The position numbers and the translations under genes were made by a program. Under the pieces are notes generated by a model. The model did no database searches. It had not been told where the DNA came from and saw only the letters and a list, made by a program, of their open reading frames with translations. A stretch of DNA of 64,000 bases, from assembly GCF_006345805.1 (NCBI RefSeq), contig NC_043004.1, positions 84,692,001-84,756,000 of the forward strand, written 5' to 3'. Of this stretch, positions 50,071-63,957 are shown in pieces; position 1 is the first letter of the stretch; every line of letters begins with the position of its first letter. Origin of the DNA: Octopus sinensis (lineage: Eukaryota).

Positions 50071-51164
50071 GAGGCCCTAGAACATATACATATATATATA
50101 TATATATACATATATAAAATTATGGAATTACGGATAAAAGTAAGCCAACATTGAGGCTATAAAAGTTATGGAGAAGTATAACTTACAAATGAAGACAGAA
50201 GCACATGATCTTAAGCAACCTCGGTGTCTTTTGAAAGATCATAAACAATGTTTTTAAATAACCCATCCTTAAGACTTATCTGCCCGTTTTAATCCGTGGA
50301 GGTGAACTGGCAGGATTGAAATAAAATCAATTGGATTACTTACGTCATTCCTATTGCGATGTTTCATTTTTACTTCAAATTCTTCCATGCTCTACTTCAA
50401 TGATATACTTAATCGTGTTTCTCTTCTCGTTACCTACCATTACCTGGCAAGGTGGGTAACTGAGCACGTTCGTTTTCCAGAATTCAATTCATGCCTCCGG
50501 TTCCAGAATAAATATTTTCCTCTCTTCCGAAATTTTCGGAGCATTCCTGAACCAGAATTGGTACAGCAAACTTCCTTAACTATATGATGCTAAAGTTCAT
50601 GCTGTATGCTTTGCAGAAATGCTATTCACCTTACTGATCACGAGGCATCTGGAAAAGTCCAAAGACAAAATTCCACGACCGACGATTTCTGGCAACACCC
50701 TTATTCCTCACAAGTTATCTCTGTAACATTTGCAGGATATTATCTAACTTTGCCTCTCATCAAGAAACATTCAACTAGGAAGCTCTATATGACTGTGGAC
50801 GCAATAATAACATCGCATATATGTAGTTTTAAACATCAAAATACATTAGTTTCCCGTATACGCAAAATGTCTTTTATTAAAACAAACACACACACACACA
50901 CACAAACACATACTTGAGTATGTATGTATATATCTATGTATGTCATTAATCAGTTTTATTTCAAGATGTCTTGCCAATAGAAAAACAACCCCTTTCTGAC
51001 ATAGATCCAATGCTCCTTTATTGGAATTTTAACAACATGAACAGGATATTTTTGTATGTATATATGTATGTATATATATATATATATATATATATTTATT
51101 ATTTATTTATATGTATATATATTATATAGATATGTATATATGTATATATATGTATATATGTATG

Positions 51165-51261
<97 letters not shown>

Positions 51262-53031
51262 ATATGTATATATGTATGTATATATGTGTGTATCTATATA
51301 TATATGTATACATGGTGATTTGTATCTTTTTGTTTTAAGAATGTCTTTTTAGAATGTTTTAAGAATGCATATAGTTGTATATCTAGACATGCTAAAATGA
51401 TAAACTTCTGGAAAATTTATAGATTTTCATAGTTCCAATGATTTATTGCATCTGTTGACTTCGGATCTGATGTATCTCTCTATATACGTATGCATGTAAA
51501 TATTTTCCGCAAAGGTGAAATATGATATATATACAAATATATCAAAACCATCAAAAGCTGTCTACTGTTATAGAATTATTATTATCTTATTCTTTAGAAG
51601 AGAACCAAAATAGTTCCATATACATAAAATATGTCTTGTGTCAGTTAAAGAATCTTACGCGAAGATTAATTAACATTCAGTGGAAAATAATACGATATGA
51701 ACAATACTTCTATCGACACAGTAACGTTGATATTCATGCAACACTGTTCCAGTCAAACTGGCGTTCAGCACCATATTCAAGGGATTATCGGCCACATCTA
51801 GAATTTAAACGACGTTAAATTAGCAAATGACATCCGTTGAAACAACTACGAGGATACAGATAAAATAGCCTGGATCTGTTATATGAGAAGGATTAGCGCA
51901 GAGGGGTTCCTCACACGGTATTCCCTAGATCGACGTTGGAAGTACCTAAACAAGAATTCCAACATTTTCTTAGATGTAATTTTCTACGATACAGGATTGA
52001 GCGAAATTATTTGTCGTTCAGTGAAGTGTACGCCATGTGTCTCTCCGTCTCTCTGAGATCTACACTCTAGTGCCATAAAAACAAAGGCCAACAACCAAAC
52101 ATGAAAATTATTAACGACTAATTGATATTTGTTCAATAGATTATTGATTGTTGTGTACCCAACTAAATGGTTGCCCCGAAAGTAAATTTTGTGAGGTTTC
52201 TCGCGAAATAGTTCTGAATAAGTTTATAGATTTGTCATTGAATATTATAAAAAGGTACAATAGTGAAATCCCAGAGAAAACATGATCGAGGGCAACATAG
52301 TATACTGCCGATCAGTTAGGTAATATGGTATTTTCAATTCATCTTATAAATTTGTTTTTAATAACGTAAAACTTTTTTCGTTTTAAATAATTTAAATAGA
52401 TTTATGCAATAAAAGTTTCTGAATATCATAGACACTATCTCTTCTACGCATTTTTAATCAGATTATTGTTATAGTTATGTAAATGCCAATGATCAATGCA
52501 ATTCAGAATACGGAAATTTGTAAAAGTATTAGCCTGGTCATTTTCATGTTTAAAAACAATCTACGTAATATTGTTTACTAAGAAACAACTGTTAATGACT
52601 AAATAACATGATACTGGTTACCAATGAATTCTACAGCACAGCACGAGTAAATATATTCTTCAATATAAAATGTTATGTAACAAAATAATCGCTGAAAACA
52701 TATGTATGTGGTTAACTGAATCTATAGGCACATATACGCACACACACCCTCGAACATATATATACAACACACACACGAGTGTGTATATGTGTGTCTGTTG
52801 TGTTTCTTGCTTAACACTGGAGAAGTATTTTTTTTACAATTTTATTATAATTCATCAAGAGCACATACGTCATTATGACTGTAATTTACTGTGTATTTTT
52901 TAAAGCATTGAATAACATACTTTCATTAATATGAAGTGATACTACACATATACACGCACGCGTTTACATATTTACACATTTATATATTTACATTACACGC
53001 ACAGACATGCACACACATACATATTTTTTTT

Positions 53032-53366
53032 GAGACCCCCTTGGGTCATGACTGACCATGGGATTGCACCTAGAAAGTTCCCCTCCCAGGCACAAGTTCG
53101 GGCAAGAATGTTCATGGAAGATCAGCAGTCTCCTATGAGTACCGGTCTCCCCTCTCCGCACCACCAGTGTTATCCAAGGGAAAGGCAAAGGCCGATACCG
53201 CTTGGCACCTGTGACGTCACAACTCATTTCTACAGCTGAGTGAATTGGTGCAACGTCAAATAAAATGTCTTGCTCAAGAACACAACACGCAGCCCGGTCC
53301 TGGCTTCGAACTCACAATCGTGCGATAGTACGCTCGACGCTCTAATCACTGTGTCATGCGCCTTCA
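53032..53366 (-). mobile_element. tRNA-derived SINE family C (CORE-like box, RTE-like tail)
   Basis: Minus strand: B-box GAGTTCGAAGCC, GTGTTCTTGAGCAAGACA, tail GGTGCAATCCCATGGTCAGTCATGACC resembling the RTE 3' UTR at 50050. Confidence 0.8.
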
Positions 53367-53426
53367 AACACACTCACACACACACACACACACATACACA
53401 CACACTCACACACACTCACACACACT

Positions 53427-53460
<34 letters not shown>

Positions 53461-53834
53461 CATTGCGTCAGAAATTAATTAGCACTTCTCAAATTTCTAC
53501 ATTAAATAGGTTAAATCAATTAACCTATGAGCTGTTCAAAACGTCTTACGCGATGAGAAAACTTAGTATGGTGTGATTTCGGTCCTTGCGAGGCGCTACC
53601 TATATCTATTAAACAAAAGGAAGATTTGTCTGCATCCGCACTCCAAGTTGTTGCACTGCTATGTCAACATCATAAGGCTGTAGACTCTCAAACTGCTCTG
53701 CAAACAAAGTTACGTCATCGTTCTGCGCAACAGTGAACTCGCAACAAAGCAATAGTTCGAGATATGGCCACTAGGTGACAGCACATACCTTGAGTGAAGA
53801 GCAAATCAAGGGTGCTAATTAATTTCTGACGGTA

Positions 53835-53837
<3 letters not shown>
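53461..53837. mobile_element. Tc1/mariner-type MITE (377 bp)
   Basis: TIRs CATTG-CGTCAGAAATTAATTAGCAC and (reverse complement) CACTACCGTCAGAAATTAATTAGCAC, TA on both sides, no ORF. Confidence 0.9.
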
Positions 53838-53927
<90 letters not shown>

Positions 53928-53997
53928 TAATTTATATATGTATGCAGGCATGTATATACGCATATCAATTACTTTAATCTATTTTATCTATATTGTA

Positions 53998-55311
53998 AAG
54001 AGTGGGGCAGAGAGTTCGGACGTTGATGAAAAATTCACAGAATCATTAATTTTAGTTGCAACCAAATGTTATTCACATCAATATGTTCGTATTCAATTGG
54101 GTGCCGAAATCAACATCAATATGTGGTATCCGTCTTCACTGATGCATTTCTGAAGGCCTTCGTGAAAGTTAGCCTCCGCTCTCTCCAGCATGGCTCTATC
54201 GATTTGGGTGACTTCCAGGTGAATAGCTTCCTTCACATCGTCTAATGTCCGCGGCTTATGCGCATACACACATTTCCCCAAAAGAAGCAATCACACCTGA
54301 ACAAATCAGGGGATCTAAGGTTGCAGGAAACTTCAACAAACCCGGAAATGAGGCGGTCCCCGAAGAGAGGGCGAAGAAGTCCATTGATGCTCTGGCTGTG
54401 TGAGCCCTCGCTCCATCCATCTGAAACCACATATTTAGAACTGGCATAGGTTTTCGTCGTAATTCAGACATAAAGATGTTGTTTCTCATCTCGATGTAAC
54501 GCTTGGGGTCCACAGTAACAGCATTTCCATTTCCCTTCAGAAAAGTAAGTACTAATGATAGCAGGGTTTTTTTTTCCAACACCACACTAGAAAGTCACGT
54601 TTGGGCTGTGCAGCTGTGTTTCGTGCAGTTCTTTCGGGTTTTCGAGAGCCAAATAACGACAGTTCTATTGATTCACTGAGATTCACCATTGATGCCACTG
54701 AGATGAAAATGAGCTTCATCAATCATTAACAAAATGAGGTTGTTATTTGCCTCAAAAATTGCTTCCATGTGACGTGCGAATTTAAGCCGCTGTGCATAGT
54801 CCCATGGTTTTAACTGTTGCCCAATGACCAAATTTTACAGGTGGAAATGCAGGTTTTCATGCAAAATACGCCTTCCCGATCGATTACCGACGCCAAGTTC
54901 ACTGGAATGATTCCGAGCAGAGCGATTCGGACTCAAACGCGTTCCATATTTTCCACTGTCCGTTCCTATTTTGGCGCCCCCACCGGTCTCCTGTTCATTA
55001 GTATACCTCGTGTATGAAGTACATTCATCCAAAAAAAGACTATGTTTCGGGAAGCAGCAGCATAAGTTAGGTGAATGTTGAAGTGGCACCAAAGCTCACA
55101 CTGAACTGCTGCGACAGACTCGTTATCCTCCACGTAACTGTCGTAGGTAAACGTGTGACGTTGTATCGTCCACAGCGCCAATGGCTTCACCTGACAGGAA
55201 AAAACATGCTTAGACACCACGAACAGAATGGTCCCTACAGGACATATGTACCTCCCGCTAGGGCTGAGTAATAGCCATTTCCAAAACATCCGTCTTCTCT
55301 GCTTCAACCTG
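53998..55311 (-). mobile_element. Tc1/mariner transposon, DD41D (rosa-like) family, full-length relic (1314 bp)
   Basis: Fragments IDEAHFHLSG, WFQMDGARAHTA and RSPDLFRCDCFFWG with 41 residues between D2 and D3 after one frameshift correction; degenerate 27-bp TIRs (18/27 identical) flanked by TA. Confidence 0.9.
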
Positions 55312-55479
55312 TATATTAGTTATTCGGTATTTAAAGTAACAAGGTATGGAACATTCTGTATTCAAGTTTCGATTATATTTCTACAGCTAAGGCCTTAGTT
55401 GTTTTGTTTTCGAACTTTTAACGTCTACATTTTTTGTTCGATCGCTTATGTGCTTAACAGAAATATCCTGTAATAGTGA

Positions 55480-56050
55480 ATAGAATAGATAGTGATTCAA
55501 ATGTTGGTACCAGGCAAGGAAGTTCGATTAGGGGGTAAGTTAAAAACATCACCATCAGTGCTCAAATGCCACTTATTCCATTGAATCGGAAAAGATAACA
55601 GGCAAAATCGATCTCGCTGGATTATGTTTTTATTTACTGCCCACAAGGGGCTACACACAGAGGGGATGAACAACGACAGACAAACGGATTAAGTCGATTA
55701 TATCGACCCCAGTGCGTATCTGATATTTATTTAATCGACCCCGAAAGGATGAAAGGCAAAGTCGACTTCGGCGGAATTTGAACTCAGAACGTAACGGCAG
55801 ATGAAATACCTCTTAGCATTTCGCCAGGCATGATAACGAATCTTTTCTACTTTATGCACAAGGCTCGAAATTTTTAGAAAAGGGTCCAGTCGATTACATC
55901 GACCCAGTACGCAACTGGTTCTTAATTTATCGACCCCGAAAGGATGAAAAGAAAAGTTGAGGCGGAATTGGAACTCAGAATATAAAGACGGACGAAACAA
56001 ACACCGCTAAGTATTTCGCCCGACGGGAAAACTTTTCTGCCAGCTCGCTG
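55480..56050 (-). mobile_element. SINE family B tandem array (short + long + decayed unit)
   Basis: Repeated ccccgaaaggatgaaa(g)gcaaagtcgacttcggcggaatttgaactcagaa. Confidence 0.85.
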
Positions 56051-56372
56051 CATACGAAGAGTACAAAATATAAAGTTATTAATACACGTCGTGTAATATA
56101 CTTCCTCAACAGATGCTAATATTCCCCCGTATAATATATGTACAGCTAAGTAATTCTATATTTAGAAACATAGTGATTACTTCAGGCAATCTGCCAGGAA
56201 ATTTATATGTCACTAGAGGCAAATCCTATCGAACTAATACCAATTTAACTAAAGCAATTTATATAATTGGCGAAATATATTTAAAGTGGTACTTGAAGAT
56301 ATATTTATGAAGATAAATAAATCTATTTATCTATATATCTATCAATCTATTTCCCATTCTGTCTCTCCATAT

Positions 56373-56441
<69 letters not shown>

Positions 56442-57037
56442 TTTAAAAATAGGATAAATCTTTAAAAGAATTTATCAAGTAGTCAACGTGAAATACTTCA
56501 TAAGGGAAATTCTTTAAATTATTCCCTTTAAATATATTTATTTATATTAACGGTATAGTAAGACCCTTAATATACTTCTACTTCTACTTCTTCTTGTTCC
56601 TCTCCTCATCCCCATCCTCCTCCTCCTTCTTCTTCTTCTTCTTCTTCCCTTTATTCCCTATCTCCCCCTCCGCTGCTGCTGCTTAAACTATCAAACCAAA
56701 TATTGCTATGCACCCATAAATACTTTTTTTTGTTCCAGATATGGTACTAGCTACCGGGCCTTTACATAGAAAAATGAGAGACACACACATTCAGAAAAAA
56801 AAGGTAGCTACTTGAAGATTATGGAAATATTTACAAAACATTTATTCTTTTCTTTTGTTCTTCAATTTAATTGTTTCTTCTTCTTAATTAATATCCACCT
56901 TTGTTTTACTCTGTTGAAATCAGTGAAAAAGACACCTTTGTTTTCCTCTGTTCAAATCGGCGAGAAGAATGCATATAATGATAAAATTTATTTTAGAATG
57001 TTCTACCTTGTTTTCTTTTCCTGATATATAATAGTAT

Positions 57038-57209
57038 AGGCGCAGGCGTGGCTGTGTGGTAAGTAGCTTGCTAAACAACCACATGGCTCCGGGTTTAGTC
57101 CCACTGCATGGCATCTTGGGCAAGTGTCTTCTGCTATAGCCCCGGGCCGACCAATGCCTTGTGAGTGGATTTGGTAGACGGAAACTGAAAGAAGCCTGTC
57201 GTATATATG

Positions 57210-57240
<31 letters not shown>

Positions 57241-57459
57241 TTGTGTGTCTGTGTTTGTCCCCCTAGCATTGCTTGACAACCGATGCTGGTGTGTTTACGT
57301 CCCCGTAACTTAGCGGTTCGGCAAAAGAGACTGTTAGAATAAGTACTGGGCTTACAAAGAATAAGTCCTGGGGTCGATTTGCTCGACTAAAGGCGGTGCT
57401 CCAGCATGGCCGCAGTCAAATGACTGAAACAAGTAAAAGAGTAAAAGAGAGTAAAGAGT
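57038..57459 (+). mobile_element. SINE family A, full length
   Basis: Closely matches 18273-18775, with a shorter internal microsatellite. Confidence 0.92.
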
Positions 57460-57460
57460 A

Positions 57461-57612
57461 TACCTTTATTCTTTCATTTGTTTCACTCATTTGACTGCGG
57501 CCATGCTGGAGCATCGCCTTATTCTGTGTAAGCCTTGTACTTATTCTATTGGTTTGTTTTGCCGTAGTGCTAGGTTACAGCGACTTCAAGACAGCAACAT
57601 TAGTTGTCAAGC
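57461..57612 (-). mobile_element. SINE family A 3' fragment, tail-to-tail with the preceding copy
   Basis: Reverse complement of gcttgacaac..gctccagcatggccgcagtcaaatga..aaagaataaag. Confidence 0.88.
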
Positions 57613-57859
57613 ATCAGATCACCTGTCACCATGAAGGATACATGTGGACGGAAAGCGTCACTGAAGAGGTCACACGTGTGCGATGCAATATTTCCAGCGA
57701 ATGAACAGAAGATGAAATAAGAACAGTAATAAACGAGTGAAGAACGAAAATATAGTGCGTGTGTTTATTTGGCAAAAACTTTTGATAAAGACTTTCCCGA
57801 AGTATAACATAGTATGCATAAAAAACAGTGGTCCTGCTGGAGCACCACCTTTATTATCG

Positions 57860-58760
57860 CCGCTTTGCTTCTATCCTTGTTGAAGGAGGGAGATATGATA
57901 TCGCTGCAGGTAAGATTTCTCAGATTCTTTTGGGAAATGATTAAATAGCTCTGGTAGTTGTAATTGCAAGCTATTGCAGGTCGTTTTCCTCACTCTATAC
58001 ACGATGGATGGGATCTTTGTAACACTACAGTGACATCCATTGCGTGGGATTTTATAATTTCCCATGTCTTGTTCCTGACCCCTCTTGTATTTTCTGTATG
58101 TATCTTACTGCATGTGTGTCACATTTTCCCTCCAAGGACTACAACTGTAGATGTTTCAGTCTTTCCCAGTAGTTCAGCTTTACTATTCATGAAAACTTTC
58201 TGGTGCAACATTACTACTCTACCTCAAATTTCGCTATTAAATCCCTGCTGCGGAGTGACCATATTTGGGAGTAGTAGACCCGACGGATGAGAATAAGTAT
58301 CCTCTATACAACAAGTATAGTTTCCTGGTCGCTTGTTCTCAAAGATTTTAGAATCCACCCGGCCATTCACCTAATCGTTGACACCGCCTTCGTGAGGTGT
58401 ACCTGAAACGAGGCGTCTTTGATCATATCCACCTCGCGATCACACATTGTGCTTGACTTTGTTGCGGCATATTAGCAGACGCTAGCTGATAGCGGAGAAA
58501 TGTATGCAGGCCATTTAAGTAAGTCATCTAAGTTTTTCTCTGGTTTAATATCGATATGTCCATAGGTTGCTGGTACTTATCTGGTATTTTCAACAGGGTT
58601 AGGAACTTTGCTTGTCTGCGTACCATATACATTTATAAGAGAACTTCCATAAACAGAAGCGGTCCCCAGAGGGTTTTCTAAGACATTCCACTTGGTAATA
58701 CTGTCTCCTTGGAAAGAGATTTTTAGAGGCTGTAGCCTGTGTTCTGTGTTTAAGGAAGTT
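57860..58760 (-). mobile_element. CR1-type LINE RT/C-terminal fragment, decayed
   Basis: Minus-strand pieces FLKHRTQ, GWILKS, DYYSQIWS, YWERLKHLQL and IPRNGCHC..CNSLQLQLPELFN resemble the CR1 ORF2 C-terminal half. Confidence 0.75.
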
Positions 58761-58855
58761 ATGAAGATACAAAATATTTAAATACACAAACACAAATCTC
58801 TCTCTCTCTCAATATATATATATATATACATATATCTATAATATATATATAATAT

Positions 58856-58859
<4 letters not shown>

Positions 58860-58948
<89 letters not shown>

Positions 58949-58960
58949 GAGATAGGTAGA
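58860..58960. repeat. (GATA)n microsatellite
   Basis: Direct reading. Confidence 0.95.
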
Positions 58961-59718
58961 TAAACACCCGCACATATACATATATGCACATGTATATATA
59001 TATATATATATATATAACATACTTATATTTGTTTGCATATATATCTATACATATATACATATGTATGTGTGCGCGTTTGTGAGTGTGTTTGCATCTGTAT
59101 ATACGTACGTACACTAGTTTACGTCAAAAGAAATACGTATTTATCAAATGCAATGAAAAACATCAAAACCGAAAATTATTCCGAATCTTGTGGGAAAAAT
59201 ATTAATATATGGTTTGTTGATAGGAATAACCTCAGTTTCATTCTCTGTATGTATATGTCTTCTCTTAGAATTATTCCTTATATTCAGAAAGATCTGTCGT
59301 TATTTCTTTACCGATAGAATCTCAATATATACTCTGTCACGCAAGTGTACTATGTAAGAGCATATAAACTTGTTATAGTGAATCATTCTAGCTTCCAAAC
59401 TCCAGAAAATCACAAGAAACAATATTCCATCAGTCACGTTCGATATAATAGGGATTTGTTATCTGCAGTTGATTTTGACACTCGGTGAATAATTATGTTT
59501 CCTATAGTATTACGGCAGTAGTGTTGCTGAGCTGCCGAGTATAATTAGTGCATCGAACAAGATGCTTAGTGGCATTTATGCTAGCTTAACTCCGTGAGTT
59601 GAAATTACTGCGAAGTCAACTATGGCAGCGATAAAATATATACAAGATGAACACTTGGGTCGTTGTGAATGGCTAACTATTCTTCCAAAATTTCTAGAGT
59701 AGAAAGAGTTATTTTATA

Positions 59719-59818
59719 NNNNNNNNNNNNNNNNNNNNNNNNNNNNNNNNNNNNNNNNNNNNNNNNNNNNNNNNNNNNNNNNNNNNNNNNNNNNNNNNNN
59801 NNNNNNNNNNNNNNNNNN
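59719..59818. other. Assembly gap (100 N)
   Basis: Exactly 100 N, a typical placeholder of unknown true size. Confidence 1.
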
Positions 59819-61155
59819 TCCAACTCCCCTTTTCTTGCTGTTATTTTGAACTGAGTAGTAAGCGGCTTCGTCAATTGAGGTTTTTTGCTCAAGTTCACGA
59901 TACACAATCCGGTACGGGAATCGAAACTATCATCTAAGGATCCTGAGCGCAACACATTACCCATGCGTCTTTACGTACACATGAAGTAGTCAATTGATAT
60001 TTCTTTTAAACAGAATTGTCACCACTGAAATACTTCCGTCACGTTTCAACCGTATTATGAATGATGTTTGATTAACGAGCAGGAATAGGACATTAATGAC
60101 GTATCATTTCGAATGTCTGAAATAATTAGGGTGTATTAAACGAGGTGATATAGTTTTAATGAAAACCGAACATTGACGGCCGTGATAAAAGAGCTACGTA
60201 AAAATAATTATAGCGCAGGAAGTGTTTGAGAGATTGTTAGAAATATGTGACGACCAAGATGGTATGGTAGACCATGGGATATCATGAAATTTTAGCTTCG
60301 TTAAATGACTTGTCATATCATTTAAGTTAAATATCTTAAAAACAATTTGTTGATCTTCTAGAAGTTCATTCACATTATTAGTTTAATTATCGCAGTTTGG
60401 AAACCAGATGCCTGACGTTTCTGAAACAGCCGAACAATCATAAAAATACTTCAGTTCGTTAGAATTATATTCATCTGGTGTGTTTATGTCCTTATTAAGT
60501 AAGACATTTCTTGTTACAAGATTTCACCATTAGGGATCTATTAGATCAAAAATTTATTATCACTATTTGGCAGATAATACATACTTTCCACCAAAACTGT
60601 CATTAGACAGAACCGGCATATAAAAATTTCACTTGAAATATATAAACAGATCGAATGTTATATCGATGCACATTTTTGTAATTTTCAAAAGAAGCTCACT
60701 CGACCGGTTTTATGTTTATTACTAATTTCAGTTAACTAATGTAGTGTATGAAATATTTCATTTTATCCAAACATTTACGATCAATGTATTTCGAAATAAC
60801 CCTCATAAACTATATGAATTGATCGTTTCACTAAAACTTCTCTGATATCGTCTCAATGTGTTTTCGGTATGCAATAGCTTATGTGCTGTTAAATTCACTT
60901 GTAAGGTGTTTCAAGTCTACAAAGTAATTGAACAAACGCTGATACCTTATTAAAAATTACTTATATCAGCTTGAAGATCATTCCTCTCATTAAAAGTAAT
61001 AAATCCGGAACTGTATCTATAAAACTACATTCACTTTTGTACGTATTTTAAGCGATTATTTATATGGTATATAAAATATAGCACATTAATGACGCACATA
61101 ACCAACAAAACACACAGACATTCACAAGCAGAGGCACAAATAAATGTCTATTATA

Positions 61156-61190
<35 letters not shown>

Positions 61191-61323
61191 ATATACGCTT
61201 ACACACACTCACACACATGTGTGTGTATAAAACACACTCAGTCGTATTAATGACAGTTATAGCTTTCCTTTTAGGTACATATTTGTTTACTACTGCCTAA
61301 ACCAATTATTATTATATATTATA

Positions 61324-61383
<60 letters not shown>

Positions 61384-61385
61384 TA

Positions 61386-63752
61386 TTTTATTCAGTAGTT
61401 TTTATTTTTATAGCGTGCTTTCACTTCACCGAGAGTATCTCTGTGTGCCTTAGGTATGTGCTGTGATTTGTTGTGATGCTCTGATGGCTATTGTATGGAA
61501 AGTGTTCTGCGTAGGATGTGTAGTGCCTAGTAGTGCAATTTTCTGTATGTTATATGTGTTTGTAAGTCCTGGTGTTTTGTTATGTATTTGTCTGAATATT
61601 TTTTTATCATGCCTAATGCACCTACTATGATAGGAATTGTTTCTGTTTTCAGATACCACATTCTGGTTACCTCTATTTCCAGGTCTTTGTATTTTGAAAG
61701 TTTCTCCATTTCTTTTAGAGACACGTTGTCGTCTGCCGGTATTGATACATCAATTAGAAAGCATTTTTTTCTTCATGGTCTCAGACAACTATATCTGGCC
61801 TGTTGGCCTTAATTTCTCTATATGTGTGTATCGGCATATCCCAGAGTATGGTTGCTTTCTCGTTTTCTGTGACCTTTTCTGGTGTGTGCCTATACCATCT
61901 TTTTTCTCTTGTTATTCCATAATGTTGGCATAGCTTCCAGTGTATGTAGGTTCCAACTCTGTCATGCCTGTGAATATATTCCTTCTTAGCCAGGACTGGG
62001 CAGCCAGAGATAATATGATTTATTGTTTCTTGTCCATCTCCACGTATTCTGCAGTTACTTGTTATAATTATTTTCATTATATGTTTTTTGGTAATTTCTG
62101 GTGGGGGAGGCTTTGGTCTTGTGCTGCAATTAAAAATCCCTGTCTCTGCTTTGAGTCCTGAGCTTCTCAACCATTGCTGGGATTTTTTTTGTCTATTTCT
62201 TTTGCGTTTAGTTTAGTCAGTATGTACCATGAAGGGGCTTTTCTTGCCATCGTTTTATCATGGTTCGTTGCTGTTCTATTTTTAGTTTGGATTTCATTTG
62301 TTTTATAGCTTTTGTTGTTTCTTCATCTTCTTCTTCATATATGATTTCTTGTTTGTAATTGTCAGCTTCCTTAAATACTGAGAACAGTTTTTTGCTTTGC
62401 TCCTGTTTTGCCGCTATTTGTATCGGTTTTCCTTCCTTCTGAAGTAGATATTTTTGCAGTCCTATGGCGGTTATTTTATAGTAGTTTTCCAGCTGTATAT
62501 GGCCTCTACCACCTTCTATACGTTGTATATATAGTCTTTCTATGTCAGACTTTGGGTGATGCATCCTAGATCCTGTCATTATTTTTCTTGTTTTCCTATC
62601 TATTTTGGTCAGTTTATTTAGTGTCCAGTTAAGGATATTGTAGCTGTACCTTATAACTGGGACAGCTAAAGTGTTAATACCTATTATCTTTTTTTAGCAT
62701 TGAGCTCTGTTTTTACTATTGATTTAATTCGTCTATAATATTTTTTTTTTTTTCTCTTTCATTTGTGTGTGTTGCGTCTGATCTAGCTTATGAATTCCTA
62801 AGTATTTGTAAGTTTGGCTTTGCTCTAATTTTTTTTATTTCATTGGTTTTATCTAGTGTGATGTTGCTACTCTTAACTAGTTATCCTCTTTTCATTTCAT
62901 GGTTACTTTGGCCCATTTTTCTAATCCAAATTTCATAACTATTTCTTTGGTAAATCCATGAACTGTTTTTAATAGTGTTTCCAGCTGTTTTTCATTTGCA
63001 GCGTATAGTTTTAGGTCATCCATATATAAAAGGTGGCTGATCGTTTTGCAGTAACATTTATATCCGCATCCAGTTCTATTTAGCATATCAGATAGAGGTG
63101 ACAGTGCCAAGCAGAAAAGGAGTGGAGAGAGCGTGTCTCCCTGGAATATTCCTCTTCTAATGGGGATGGCTTTGGTTTTCATGAGTCCCTATTTTGTTTG
63201 CAGCTGTAGCACTGTCTGCCATTTATTCATAGTGTCCTATGAATTTTATAATTGTTGGTGCTACTTTGTTAATGGCTAGTGTTTCGAGGATCCATGCTAT
63301 CAATCGCATTTTTGAAGTCGATCCAGGCCATACTGATGCCTTTCTTCTTTCTGTGACTGTCTTCAGTTATGGCTTTATTAATTATTAGTTGATCTTTACA
63401 GCCATATGAACCTTTGCGGCATCCTTTCTGCTCTTCTGGAAACAGGTGGTTTTCGTCCAGGTGCTTGTTCAACCATTGCGATATCACTGCAGTAAATGCC
63501 TTGTACGTTGTAGGGAGACAGGTTATTGGTCTGTAGTTTTCTGGTTTTGCTGTCTCATTTGATTTGGGAATTATCATGGTTTTCCCCTTCGTGAGCCATT
63601 CAGGCATTGTCTCTGGCTCTGCTAGTATGTTGTTAATGTTTTCATCCAGCTTTTTGTGCATTCTTGTTAGATATTTCAACCAGAAGTTGGGGATCTTGTC
63701 ATGCCCAGGTGCCTTCCAGTTGTTTAGTCTTTGCAGTGCAAGTTGAATTGTA
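61386..63752 (-). mobile_element. R4/Dong-like RLE retrotransposon, 5'-truncated at the start of RT
   Basis: NWKAPGHD, NYRPITCLPT, EEQKGC, RGIFQGDTLSPLLF, LLYMDDLKLY, ETINHIISGC, RHD..YIHW, RPDIV, KYKDLEIE, IPIIVGALG; stop at 61488-61490; (ATT)n at 61330-61385 and 63893-64000. Confidence 0.95.
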
Positions 63753-63907
63753 CAAATTTCTCATGTAGTAATCTCAAAGAAACAACTAAATACATCTCTA
63801 GCCATGCAAGTAACAGCATGGAAACGCTTAGTTGCAACCACAGATGCAAAAGTGTTTCAACTAAGTTAAAAAGAAATCCAGGACTGTCGCTCATTTATTA
63901 TTATTAC

Positions 63908-63957
<50 letters not shown>

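Noticed and set aside
50344-50388. Candidate minus-strand first exon MEEFEVKMKHRNRND followed by GTAAGT
   Set aside because: Short, no homology that I recognise, and expected by chance in 64 kb.
63752-63892. Segment between the R4 5' end and (ATT)n as a twin-priming inversion
   Set aside because: I could not assign it to the upstream ORF; it resembles a related 3' UTR only weakly.
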